Positions 1 through 9,150 of a stretch of 64,000 nucleotides of DNA are shown here, piece by piece. The position numbers were made by a program, and so were the translations under genes. Source of the stretch: Treponemataceae bacterium (GTDB taxonomy: Bacteria; Spirochaetota; Spirochaetia; Treponematales; Rectinemataceae). Within the stretch, counting starts at the first letter, position 1. Each line of letters begins with the position of its first letter. The DNA lies in contig CAXXHO010000005.1 of NCBI GenBank assembly GCA_963667725.2, positions 800,001 to 864,000 of the forward strand, read 5' to 3'. The notes below the pieces were generated by a model, which was given only the letters and a program-made list of their open reading frames with translations, ran no database searches and was not told where the DNA came from.

Positions 1-683
1 GCCGCCTCCTTGTTTCCGCCGACGGCATACATGTTCCTGCCCAAGGTGGTGCGGTTCCACAAAACCCAGAAGAATATCGTGATGGCCAAGGCGTAGAGGA
101 CGATCCAGGGCAATCGGAAGGAACCGATCTGTATGGCTTCCTGGGCTATCTGGGTAAACCTCGTATCGAACCCGCCGATCGGAGAGGAATTGTTCGCGCC
201 GTCGAAATACAGGGACATGGTGCCGTACACGATCAAATTCATGCCCAGGGAAGCGATGAAGGGAGCGATCTGCAACACGGAGATCAGCAAGGAATGAATT
301 AAGGAAAAGATCAGGCAGACGGTTATCGCGATCAACAATGGGACTATGATCGGCAGCGGTTTCATGTCGGAGAATATCCTCAGCGCGTAATCGGGCTTCT
401 GCAGCAGAGAAGCGCAGATGACGCCGGCGATGCCTACCATCCTGCCCGCCGAAAGATCGGTTCCGCCCAGGAGGATCAATCCCGAGAGACCAAGCGCGAT
501 AATCAGCTTCGGGGCCGCCTGCTGAAGGATAAAGGTCGCGTTCCTCACGCTGAGTATCGACGGCTCAATGATGATTATGGTTACTATGATTCCCAGCAAC
601 ACGAGGTAGATCGCGTATTGCATGAGCCATTGCTTGGCTTTCTTGGCCTTCTCCGGGTTCATTTCCTTATCTTTCGATTCCAT
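1..683 (-). CDS. mglC: Galactose/methyl-galactoside-type sugar ABC transporter permease (3' end runs off the window)
   Basis: Manual translation from the ATG at 683 (GGAGAGG upstream) gives MESKDKEMNPEKAKKAKQWLMQYAIYLV..., with hydrophobic segments and a GGTDLSAG motif; it follows an MglA-like ATPase. Confidence 0.8.
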   Translation of the reverse strand, partial: MESKDKEMNPEKAKKAKQWLMQYAIYLVLLGIIVTIIIIEPSILSVRNATFILQQAAPKLIIALGLSGLILLGGTDLSAGRMVGIAGVICASLLQKPDYALRIFSDMKPLPIIVPLLIAITVCLIFSLIHSLLISVLQIAPFIASLGMNLIVYGTMSLYFDGANNSSPIGGFDTRFTQIAQEAIQIGSFRLPWIVLYALAITIFFWVLWNRTTLGRNMYAVGGNKEA

Positions 684-709
684 TCGCTACACCTCTCCAA
701 GTTCTGGGA

Positions 710-1111
710 TCAATTGCCCGCGAGACCGGTTTCCACGCAAAGGTAGACAAGCGGCTTAGCCCCGGTATTCCGGATGCCATGGGAACCGCCGCTGCGAATG
801 AGGGCTATAGACCAGGGTTTTACGCTGAACGTCTTCCCGGACAGGGTCACTTCGCCTTCGCCTTCGACGATCAGGTAAAACTGTTCGTTGCCGGAGTGGA
901 AATGTTCGCCTACGGACCCGCCTACGGGGAGCGTTGTTTTATGCACATAATGAAAATTGTTGTTCTCCTCAGGATTGCGAGGCCCGATCACCGGCATCTT
1001 GGGCTCATCGCCGAACAATGTCGTATTGACAATCGTGCCTGAGCCATTCTGGCAGTTCGCGACATCATAGGTCGGGGCATCCTCGATATTCCTAAACACG
1101 AATGTATCCAT
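710..1111 (-). CDS. Cupin-domain protein
   Basis: Cupin motifs GEHFHSGNEQFYLIVEGEG and GGSHGIRNTG. Confidence 0.85.
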   Translation of the reverse strand: MDTFVFRNIEDAPTYDVANCQNGSGTIVNTTLFGDEPKMPVIGPRNPEENNNFHYVHKTTLPVGGSVGEHFHSGNEQFYLIVEGEGEVTLSGKTFSVKPWSIALIRSGGSHGIRNTGAKPLVYLCVETGLAGN

Positions 1112-1133
1112 TCTTACTTCTCCCTTTTATTTC

Positions 1134-2633
1134 TTACAAGCATTTGGCGGCCAGGGTCATGATGCTCTCCTGGCTGCAGTCGTTCGCGTCCATGATCCCG
1201 GCGTTCTGGCCATTGCTCATGACGAGTATCCTGTCCGCGAGTCCCAGAAGCTCGGGCATCTCGGAGGAAACGAACAGCACGGCCTTTCCTTCTTTCGCCA
1301 GGGCGACCATCAACTGATAGATTTCGTATTTGGCGCCGACATCAATCCCGCGCGTGGGCTCGTCGAGCAGGAGGATGCGTGGATCGTTGAGAAGGCATCT
1401 GCCAAGCAGGACCTTCTGCTGATTTCCGCCTGAAAGCGAGCTTATCAGGGTTTTCAGCGTCGGCGTTTTGATCCGCATCGTATCGACAGCCCATTGGGTG
1501 TTCTTCTCAACCTTCTTCATTGAGATAAAACCCAGCTTGTTCCGATTTTTCTGGATGCTCGACGAGATCGTATTCCAGCGGATATCCAGCATGGGGTAGA
1601 TTCCCGTCTCGCGCCTTTCTTCGGTCACCATCGCGATGCCGGCATCCTTCACCTTCTTCCGGGATTTCAGTATGTCTTTTCCGTCTACCTGGACGGAACC
1701 AGCCTCGACCGTCCGGAGGCCGATAATGCACTCGAGGAGTTCGGTGCGTCCCGCCCCGACGAGCCCGCCGATGCCCAGTATTTCTCCCGCCCGCACTTCA
1801 AACGAAATATCCTGGATCTTTGGGCTATACAGTGAGCTGAGATGTTCAATCTTGAGGATCGTTTCCCCGATTTTCTTGTCTTTAGGAGGGAATCTATTGC
1901 TCAGCTCTCGGTTTACCATGAGCTTGATCAGCTTGTTCGCGTCGATGTCGCCGATATGTTCCGTGGCTACCCACTGTCCATCCCTGAGCACCGTCACCCT
2001 GTCAGAAATAGCTATGACTTCCTCGATCTTGTGGGAGATGTAGATGATGCCGCAGCCCTCGCTCCTCAATTGCCTGATTATCTTGAACAGGGCTTCCGTT
2101 TCCTTTTCCGTCAAGGATGAGGTGGGCTCGTCCAGAACGATGATTTTCGCGTTGTAGGAAACGGCTTTTACGATGTCGGCCATCTGCTTCATGGAGACCG
2201 ACAGATTGTTGACCTGTGTCCGCGGATCGATATTCATCTTGAAGAGATCGATTATTTTCAGCGTATCCTTGTACATCTTCTTGTCATCGACAAAAAGCCC
2301 CTTGCGGGGATACCTGCCCAGCCAGATGTTATCCATCACGTTTCGCCGGGGCACTTGCTCGAGTTCCTGCTGGACCATCGCGATTCCGATACGCAAAGCC
2401 TGATGGGGATTTTCGATTTTCACCGGCTTTCCGTTCATGAGGATCTCGCCTTGATCCATCGTATAGATGCCGAAAAGGCACTTCATGAGGGTGGACTTGC
2501 CCGCCCCGTTTTCCCCCATGAGGGCGACTACCTCGCCAGGCCTTACATTGATCTGTACGTTTTTGAGCGCCTGTACTCCCGGGAAGCTTTTGGAGACATT
2601 TCTCATTTCCAGCAGGTACTCTCCGGTTTCCAT
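1134..2633 (-). CDS. mglA: Sugar ABC transporter ATP-binding protein with two ABC domains
   Basis: GENGAGKST Walker A, LDEPT twice, LSGGNQQK signature. Confidence 0.9.
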   Translation of the reverse strand: METGEYLLEMRNVSKSFPGVQALKNVQINVRPGEVVALMGENGAGKSTLMKCLFGIYTMDQGEILMNGKPVKIENPHQALRIGIAMVQQELEQVPRRNVMDNIWLGRYPRKGLFVDDKKMYKDTLKIIDLFKMNIDPRTQVNNLSVSMKQMADIVKAVSYNAKIIVLDEPTSSLTEKETEALFKIIRQLRSEGCGIIYISHKIEEVIAISDRVTVLRDGQWVATEHIGDIDANKLIKLMVNRELSNRFPPKDKKIGETILKIEHLSSLYSPKIQDISFEVRAGEILGIGGLVGAGRTELLECIIGLRTVEAGSVQVDGKDILKSRKKVKDAGIAMVTEERRETGIYPMLDIRWNTISSSIQKNRNKLGFISMKKVEKNTQWAVDTMRIKTPTLKTLISSLSGGNQQKVLLGRCLLNDPRILLLDEPTRGIDVGAKYEIYQLMVALAKEGKAVLFVSSEMPELLGLADRILVMSNGQNAGIMDANDCSQESIMTLAAKCL

Positions 2634-2715
2634 CGCTCTCCCCCAGGTAAAATTTTGGATGCGGCGAGAGGACAGCCCCCCGCCACATCCAGAGACATGA
2701 GTCGGTATTTAAATC

Positions 2716-3768
2716 TTACTTTGCTAGCTTATACCCTGCAATCGCTTCGCCGACATTCTCGATGGTGATCTTTTTCTCGGGAATCTTGACGATCTTGTCG
2801 ACCATCTTCCACTCCAGGTTCGCGTCAGGGGCTCTTCCGTTCACCACGTTCATGCAGATATCGATGACGGCGCGGGCCGTATCGTAGGTGCTGGTGAGAA
2901 TGGAACCGAGCATGACTCCGGACTTGATGAGCTCGGCGGTCTCGGGCAGCGCGTTGACGCCGATGACGGGAATGGCCTTCTTGGCGGTGATGAGGCCGTT
3001 CGCCTTGAGCGCCTCGACAGCGCCGAGGGCCATGGCGTCATTGCTGCATACCACCATCTCGATCTTGTCGCCGAACTTGCCGATCCACGAGTTCATGGTC
3101 TCGACAGCCTTGGCGGTGTTCCAGTTCGCGGGCTGGGTGGCGATCTGCTCGGCCGCCATGCCTGAGGCCTTGATGCCCGCGTAGAATCCATTGGCGCGGT
3201 CCGTCGCGTCGCTGTGGCCCGGGGTGCCGGTCATGAGGACATACTGGAGGACGCCGTCGCGATTCGTGTCAAATTTCTTGGAGTCCTTCTTCCAGGCGTC
3301 CGCTACCATCTCGCCCTCCAGCTGTCCCTGATAGAGGGCATCGAGGCCGACATACCAGCACTTGTCATAGCTATTCAAGACTTCCGTGGTTGGCTTGCGG
3401 TTGAAAAACACGATTGGGAGGCCGGCCTGCTTGGCTTTCGCGACGATCGTATCGCCGGCGGAGGTATCTACGGGGTTTACCGCCAGAATGTTCACGCCCC
3501 TGGAGATCATCGTGTCGATGCGCTCCGTCTGGGTAGCCTGGACATTCTCGCCGTTGACCATCATGAACTTCAGACTCGGATACTTTTCGTTCATGTAGTA
3601 GTTGACGCCGTTGCGGATGTATCCCACGAAGGTATTGGTAAAATCAAAAATTGAAACACCAATATAGGGAACTTGCTTGGCGGAAGCAGTTTGCGCCGGA
3701 ACCGCCGCGGCACTGACGAAGATCAGGACAGCGACCAGCAGCAACGAAAATACGGAGCTCTTTTTCAT
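2716..3768 (-). CDS. mglB: Periplasmic sugar-binding protein (MglB-like)
   Basis: Signal peptide, PBP1-fold motifs (SNDAMALGAVEAL), Ca-binding-like loop DTNRDGVLQ typical of galactose-binding proteins. Confidence 0.75.
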   Translation of the reverse strand: MKKSSVFSLLLVAVLIFVSAAAVPAQTASAKQVPYIGVSIFDFTNTFVGYIRNGVNYYMNEKYPSLKFMMVNGENVQATQTERIDTMISRGVNILAVNPVDTSAGDTIVAKAKQAGLPIVFFNRKPTTEVLNSYDKCWYVGLDALYQGQLEGEMVADAWKKDSKKFDTNRDGVLQYVLMTGTPGHSDATDRANGFYAGIKASGMAAEQIATQPANWNTAKAVETMNSWIGKFGDKIEMVVCSNDAMALGAVEALKANGLITAKKAIPVIGVNALPETAELIKSGVMLGSILTSTYDTARAVIDICMNVVNGRAPDANLEWKMVDKIVKIPEKKITIENVGEAIAGYKLAK

Positions 3769-3848
3769 TATCTCCCTCCTGAAAGTGTGTTATTCTACAA
3801 CCCCTGCTCGTTTCTAGGTATCTGCAGATACTCGAGCACAACGAGCGC

Positions 3849-4013
3849 AACTTGTAGTACATTATCCAGGGCTAAGTAAACCATGCATGTACCGAGGTGT
3901 CAAGTTTTATTTTGTGTACACACTATGATTTCCTGTTGACGCGCCATCTCGATTGCCCGTACCATAAACATAGGTTGTAGTACAACCGAGGGCTTATTAC
4001 TTGTAGAACATCT
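3849..4013. promoter_or_regulatory. Three GntR/FadR-like operator copies (TTGTAG[T/A]ACA) in the divergent promoter region
   Basis: AACTTGTAGTACATT 3849-3863, palindrome GGTTGTAGTACAACC 3973-3987, ACTTGTAGAACATCT 3999-4013. Confidence 0.65.
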
Positions 4014-4035
4014 ATATATCAAGGAGCACTCAATT

Positions 4036-4884
4036 ATGGGAAACAGTATCCGGTACGCGTCCCCAACCTTTCTTTTCCGCGATATATGCCGCTCGCGGCT
4101 TGGGCAGATCATGCAGCGTCTTGCGGCCATAGGGTTCGAGGGATTGGAGCTCTATGGTATGTTTGGATTGAGCGGCGAAGAGATCCTCTCCTTCCAGGAA
4201 GAGAGCGGCCTCGCGATCACCTGCGACCACATTCACTATGAAGAATTCTCCAGCGACACGCTGAACGTCATCACCCGCCGTACCGCTTTGGGCGCACGAT
4301 ACCTGACAATCGATAATATCCCGCCCACTTTGCTGCCGGGAACGGACTTATTCCCGGAGGCAATCCGCGAGATTGAGCGGATATCCCACCTCTGCAGGCG
4401 CCATGGAGTGCAGCTTCTCTATCACAACCACGGCTACGATCTCATGAACAAGGTAGACGGAACACCGCTATTGGATATCATTCTGGACAGTACGGATCCC
4501 GAACTGCTGAAATTCCAGCCCGACCTCGGCTGGATTTCCTTAGGCGGCGGCGATCCCGTCCAGTATCTCGAAAAATACAGATCCCGATGCCCCATCATCC
4601 ACATGAAAGACTACTTCGCCACAGCCCCATTGCTTCTAGAATCGCCCTTTCCCCTGGGCAACGAGCGCGGCGGAGCCGAATATAATTCCTTTGAATTCAG
4701 GCCATCGGGCTACGGAATCATGAATTATCCCGCGCTCATGCCCAAGATTCTGGCATGCGACCCGGAATGGATAACCACGGATCACGACCTGTCCTACGAA
4801 AGGGATACCTATGTTGACATGAAGATGGGGCTGGACTACGCGAAGTACCTGGTCTCCATGCATTCGGGGAGGGCGGATATTTAG
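4036..4884 (+). CDS. Sugar phosphate isomerase/epimerase (xylose-isomerase-like TIM barrel)
   Basis: GFEGLEL, LLYHNH, QPDLGW and IHMKD motifs; AAGGAG RBS. Confidence 0.85.
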   Translation: MGNSIRYASPTFLFRDICRSRLGQIMQRLAAIGFEGLELYGMFGLSGEEILSFQEESGLAITCDHIHYEEFSSDTLNVITRRTALGARYLTIDNIPPTLLPGTDLFPEAIREIERISHLCRRHGVQLLYHNHGYDLMNKVDGTPLLDIILDSTDPELLKFQPDLGWISLGGGDPVQYLEKYRSRCPIIHMKDYFATAPLLLESPFPLGNERGGAEYNSFEFRPSGYGIMNYPALMPKILACDPEWITTDHDLSYERDTYVDMKMGLDYAKYLVSMHSGRADI

Positions 4885-4964
4885 ACCGCAGGACTCTCCG
4901 GCGTCAACAATTTAGTAGTATAATGTAATACGCTCTGGGTCGCCGGGTGCGGGAGGTAGATAGG

Positions 4965-5315
4965 ATGAGAGTCTTCTATATTGTGTTGGTGCTTCTGGTG
5001 GCTGTCGTAGCCGTTATTTTCGCGCTGCAGAACAGCGCGGCCATAACGATAAGCCTTTTTTCCTGGTCGATTTCGGGCTCGCTCTCGCTTTTCCTCATTG
5101 TTACCCTGGCGATTGGTTTCCTGCTCGGCGTCCTGCTGATGACGCCGTCGGTCTTCAGGCGGAGCCGGATGGCGCATGGACTAAAAAAGCAGGTCTCGGC
5201 ACTCGAAAAGGAAAAGAACACAATAACCCAGAGACCGGCTGAGGCCGAGACGTCCACGGAGTATGGGGCATCGAATAAAGCTCAGGAAGCCGAAACCTCG
5301 GAGAAACGCGAATAA
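4965..5315 (+). CDS. LapA (DUF1049)-family membrane protein
   Basis: IFALQN motif, two TM segments and a coiled-coil tail; GGAGG RBS before the ATG at 4965. Confidence 0.8.
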   Translation: MRVFYIVLVLLVAVVAVIFALQNSAAITISLFSWSISGSLSLFLIVTLAIGFLLGVLLMTPSVFRRSRMAHGLKKQVSALEKEKNTITQRPAEAETSTEYGASNKAQEAETSEKRE

Positions 5316-5361
5316 AAAAGCCCGGGGCTATGAGGTCAGAGATGACCGTCAGCCCCGGGCT
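5314..5361. terminator. Intrinsic terminator between convergent genes
   Basis: 11-bp stem AGCCCGGGGCT/AGCCCCGGGCT with an A-run on the left (U-tail for tex). Confidence 0.7.
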
Positions 5362-5381
5362 CGTCTTCGGCTTTTCCTTTT

Positions 5382-7781
5382 TCAGCGCTTCTTGAAGAGA
5401 TCGGCGAAGGGATTGTAGGTCATGCCGTCGTCTTCCCTCTCCCTCGGCGCGGGGCGCTGCGAAGAAGGCCTTTGCCCAGAACGCTGATCGCTCCGCTGCT
5501 CCGGACGTTTATCCGAATGCTGCTCTGGTCGATGCTCAGGACGCTGTTCCGGACGGCCGCGGGAATCGCCGGCAGGCCGCGCGACTACCCTGACCGCTTT
5601 TTTCGGTCCCTGGTCGCCTCCTGCTGGGTTCCTGTCGGTCTTCAGCGAGAGCCCGATCCTGTGGCGCGCCTCGTCCAGGCTGATGATGGTGAACTCCCTC
5701 ACGTCGCCCACCTTGATCGCTTCCATGGGGTCGCGCACGAACTGGTTCGAGAGTTCGGAGATATGGATAAGGGCGCTTTCCTTGATGCCGATGTCGACGA
5801 AGGCGCCGAAATCGACGACGTTCTTCACCTTGCCCGTGACCTTCATGCCCTCCTTGAGGTCGGAGAAGTTGAGGACGCCCTTCGAGAGTATGGGCGGCGG
5901 CAGGTTTTCGCGCGGGTCGCGGTTAGGTTTCTTCAGCTCGACGATGATGTCGTCCATGGTCGTGTCGCCCACCGAGTATTTTTCGCGTAAGGCGGCCCTC
6001 TGTTCGCGCGAGGGATCGGCGCCGGCCTTGATGAACTGGAGGATTTCGGCCGCCAAGGCGTAGTTTTCGGGGTGAACCCAGGTGTTGTCGAGCTCGTTGG
6101 CGCTCTCGGGAATCTTGAGGAAGCCCGCGCACTGCTCGAAGGTCTTCTCGCCCAGGCCGGGGATTTGGGTGAGCATGTCGCGCGACTTGATCGCTCCCTT
6201 TTCTTCCCTGAACTTGACGATTTTCTTGGCCAGGCCCCCGTTGATGCCCGAAACGTACTTAAGGATGGCGTGGCTCGCGGTGTTGAGGTTGACGCCGACC
6301 TGGTTGACGACTGAGCCGACGACCTCGTCCAGCTGCTCGGTCAGCTTTTTCTGGTTGACGTCGTGCTGGTAGAGGCCGACGCCGATGCTTTTGGGATCGA
6401 TCTTGACGAGCTCGGCGAGGGGGTCCTGGAGGCGGCGGCCGATGGAGATGGCGCCCCTGATGGTGAGGTCGAGATCGGGGAACTCTTCCCTGGCGATGTC
6501 GCTGGCGGAGTAGACGGAGGCTCCGTCCTCATCCACGGCGGTGAACTTGCAGTCGAGGCCGTTCTCCTCGATCGAGGCGGCGACGGCGGCCTGCACTTCG
6601 TGGCTGGCGGTGCCATTCCCCACGGCGACGATCTCGATGCGGTGCTTCTTGACGGAGGCGGCGATGGCCTTCTTGGCTTCCTCGAGCTTCGTTTCCTGGT
6701 TGATGACGAAATAGTCGAGGAACTTGCCCGTCTCGTCCAGGGCGGCGCACTTGGTGCCGGTGCGGATGCCGGGGTCCACGCCGAGAATCCTCGAGCCGCG
6801 CAGGGGCGGCTGCATGAGGAGGTTCTTGAGGTTTTCGGAAAAGACGTCGATGGCGTGGGTTTCGGCGTATTCGGTGGCGTCGGAGCGGATTTCGCGGATG
6901 ACGGCGGGTGAAAGGAGCCTCGAAAGGCCGTCCTCGATGGCTTCGGCGTGATAATCGTTATGAATCCAGGCTTTGTCCTTGAGGAGGGCGGCGGCTCCTT
7001 CCTCGTCGACGTCGATGGTGACGTCGAGGGCCGATTCGCGCTCGGCGCGGTTCACGGCCAGGACTCGGTGGCTTTTCAGCGTCGAGAGGGGCTCGGAATA
7101 GTCCCAGTACATCTGATAAGTGGACTTTTCGCGGGCGGCATCGTCGCCGACGCCCTTCGTGACGAGCTTGCCCGTCTTTTTATACCAGGATTTGACGGCG
7201 GCGCGCATCTCAATGTTCTGCGAGACGCGCTCGGCGAGGATGTCCTTGGCGCCGGCGATGGCGTCCTGGGCTGTCGCCACCGAAAGTTCGGGGTGTTCAG
7301 CGTCGGCGCGGACGAAGACGGGCGCCGCCGCGTCGACTTCATGCTTTTCCTTCTCGAGCATTATTTCGGCCAGCGGGCTGAGGCCCTTTTCCTGGGCGAG
7401 CATGCCCCTGGTCTTCTTCTTTTTCTTGTAGGGCGCCCAGAGGTCGTCCAGTTCGGTGAGGGTCGAGGCTTTGACGATATTTTCGTAGAGTGTTTCGTCG
7501 AGTTTGCCGAGGGCGGCGATGCCCTTGGTCACCTCGATCCTGCGTTCCTCGAGATTTTTGTAGCTCTCGAATTTATGGACGCAGTCGCGGACCTGGACTT
7601 CATCGAGGCTGCCGGTTCTTTCCTTGCGGTAGCGGCTGATGAAGGGAACCGTACTTCCTTCGGCGGTCAGGGTGATGACGGCCGATACTTGCGCGGCCTT
7701 GATGTTCAGGTCTCCGGCTATCCGGTTCAAAATGGCGATCTCGTTGACTGCCAGTTTTTCTATGTCGGGCAATTGGCTCAT
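5382..7781 (-). CDS. tex: Tex family RNA-binding transcriptional accessory protein
   Basis: TVPFISRYRKE, DPGIRTGTK, RRLQDPLAELVKIDPKSIGVG, C-terminal S1 domain. Confidence 0.95.
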   Translation of the reverse strand: MSQLPDIEKLAVNEIAILNRIAGDLNIKAAQVSAVITLTAEGSTVPFISRYRKERTGSLDEVQVRDCVHKFESYKNLEERRIEVTKGIAALGKLDETLYENIVKASTLTELDDLWAPYKKKKKTRGMLAQEKGLSPLAEIMLEKEKHEVDAAAPVFVRADAEHPELSVATAQDAIAGAKDILAERVSQNIEMRAAVKSWYKKTGKLVTKGVGDDAAREKSTYQMYWDYSEPLSTLKSHRVLAVNRAERESALDVTIDVDEEGAAALLKDKAWIHNDYHAEAIEDGLSRLLSPAVIREIRSDATEYAETHAIDVFSENLKNLLMQPPLRGSRILGVDPGIRTGTKCAALDETGKFLDYFVINQETKLEEAKKAIAASVKKHRIEIVAVGNGTASHEVQAAVAASIEENGLDCKFTAVDEDGASVYSASDIAREEFPDLDLTIRGAISIGRRLQDPLAELVKIDPKSIGVGLYQHDVNQKKLTEQLDEVVGSVVNQVGVNLNTASHAILKYVSGINGGLAKKIVKFREEKGAIKSRDMLTQIPGLGEKTFEQCAGFLKIPESANELDNTWVHPENYALAAEILQFIKAGADPSREQRAALREKYSVGDTTMDDIIVELKKPNRDPRENLPPPILSKGVLNFSDLKEGMKVTGKVKNVVDFGAFVDIGIKESALIHISELSNQFVRDPMEAIKVGDVREFTIISLDEARHRIGLSLKTDRNPAGGDQGPKKAVRVVARPAGDSRGRPEQRPEHRPEQHSDKRPEQRSDQRSGQRPSSQRPAPREREDDGMTYNPFADLFKKR

Positions 7782-7906
7782 GGTCCCCTACGGTACGCAA
7801 AGTCGGCGAGAATTGCAAGCGTTCATCCGTTCATTTTATTATGGACATTCCGATGGGCTTGAATTATGCTTGTTTTTTAGCTTGTGGCATTGGGCTCGGA
7901 AAGGAA

Positions 7907-8518
7907 ATGGGAAAAAACGATAAGCGCGTAAGGATATTCTCCGCACTCGAGGTGGCCAACCTATGCGGTGTGGTAAATCAGACTGCCATCAACTGGATCA
8001 AGGCCGGCTATCTCAAGGCTTTCACGACGCCGGGCGGCCAATTCCGCGTGTTCGCCGAAGATCTCATCGCCTTCCTGGAAGACCGGAAGATGAGAATTCC
8101 TCCTGAAATCAATGCCGGGGTGAACGATTCCGTCGATCCCGGCCTCATTCTCATCGTCGACGACGATCCCGATCTCAATACCATCCTCAAGAGAATGCTC
8201 GAAAGGAAGCTCCCCGACATCAGCGTCGCCCAGGCTTTCGATGGCTTCGAGGCCGGCAGGATCATCGCCGAGAGGCACCCAGCCCTTGTCTTCCTGGATT
8301 TCGACCTGCCGGGCATCAACGGGAAGAGTCTCTGTCTGCGCATCCATTCCGATCCATCGATCGGGAAGCCTTCGGTCATTTCCATGACGGGCATCGATAC
8401 GCCTGATATGCGCGAAGAGATGCTGGCGGCGGGCGCTGACGACTTTTTCGGAAAGCCCCTGGATTTCGAGGCGATAATCAGGCGGGCTTCAGAACTTCTG
8501 GCTTCGAGGGCCAGGTAG
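7907..8518 (+). CDS. Response regulator with N-terminal excisionase-like HTH and a receiver domain
   Basis: FSALEVANLCGV...TPGGQFR HTH; ILIVDDD...FLDFDLP...KP receiver; AAGGA before the ATG at 7907. Confidence 0.85.
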   Translation: MGKNDKRVRIFSALEVANLCGVVNQTAINWIKAGYLKAFTTPGGQFRVFAEDLIAFLEDRKMRIPPEINAGVNDSVDPGLILIVDDDPDLNTILKRMLERKLPDISVAQAFDGFEAGRIIAERHPALVFLDFDLPGINGKSLCLRIHSDPSIGKPSVISMTGIDTPDMREEMLAAGADDFFGKPLDFEAIIRRASELLASRAR

Positions 8519-9073
8519 GTGAAGCCGCTCGGGACCTTCCTGGACGGCCGGCTCATCGTCGCCGTGGGCGATATCACTCTTTTCGATGGGAATGCCATCG
8601 TCAACGCGGCCAATTCGGGCCTCCTGGGGGGAGGCGGCGTGGATGGAGCCATCCACCGCGCGGGAGGCCCGTCCATACTCGCCGAGTGCCGCGCCCTCCG
8701 CGCCGGCCCGCTCAAGTCCGGCCTGCCCGCCGGCGAGGCCGTGGCTACAGGGGCGGGAGCCTTGCGGGCAGACCGCGTCATCCACACGGTGGGACCGGTC
8801 TGGCATGGCGGAGGTCGCGGCGAAGCCGCAGTCCTCGCGTCCTGCTACCGCCGCTGCCTGGAAGTCGCGGCGGCGGAAAATCTCGCCCTCATCGCTTTCC
8901 CGGCGATTTCCACCGGTGTCTACGGCTACCCGAAGGATAGCGCCGCTTTGACGAGCTATGCGGCGATCGCCGATTTCCTCTCGAGCAACGGCCTTCCTCG
9001 CAGGGTCTGGCTGGTATTCTATTCCGAGGCCGACGCTAATACTTTCGTCGCTGCGGCGCGGCCCAGGAAATAA
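8519..9073 (+). CDS. Macrodomain protein (O-acetyl-ADP-ribose deacetylase / ADP-ribosylhydrolase, YmdB-like)
   Basis: GDIT, AIVNAAN, GGGGVDGAIH, VIHTVGP, AFPAISTGVYGYP. Confidence 0.92.
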   Translation: MKPLGTFLDGRLIVAVGDITLFDGNAIVNAANSGLLGGGGVDGAIHRAGGPSILAECRALRAGPLKSGLPAGEAVATGAGALRADRVIHTVGPVWHGGGRGEAAVLASCYRRCLEVAAAENLALIAFPAISTGVYGYPKDSAALTSYAAIADFLSSNGLPRRVWLVFYSEADANTFVAAARPRK

Positions 9074-9150
9074 TAACGGGCAACGACGCATCATAAAATA
9101 TGAATTTTGCAGCCTGAACGCCGCCGATTTCCAGATTTAAGGAGAGAACC

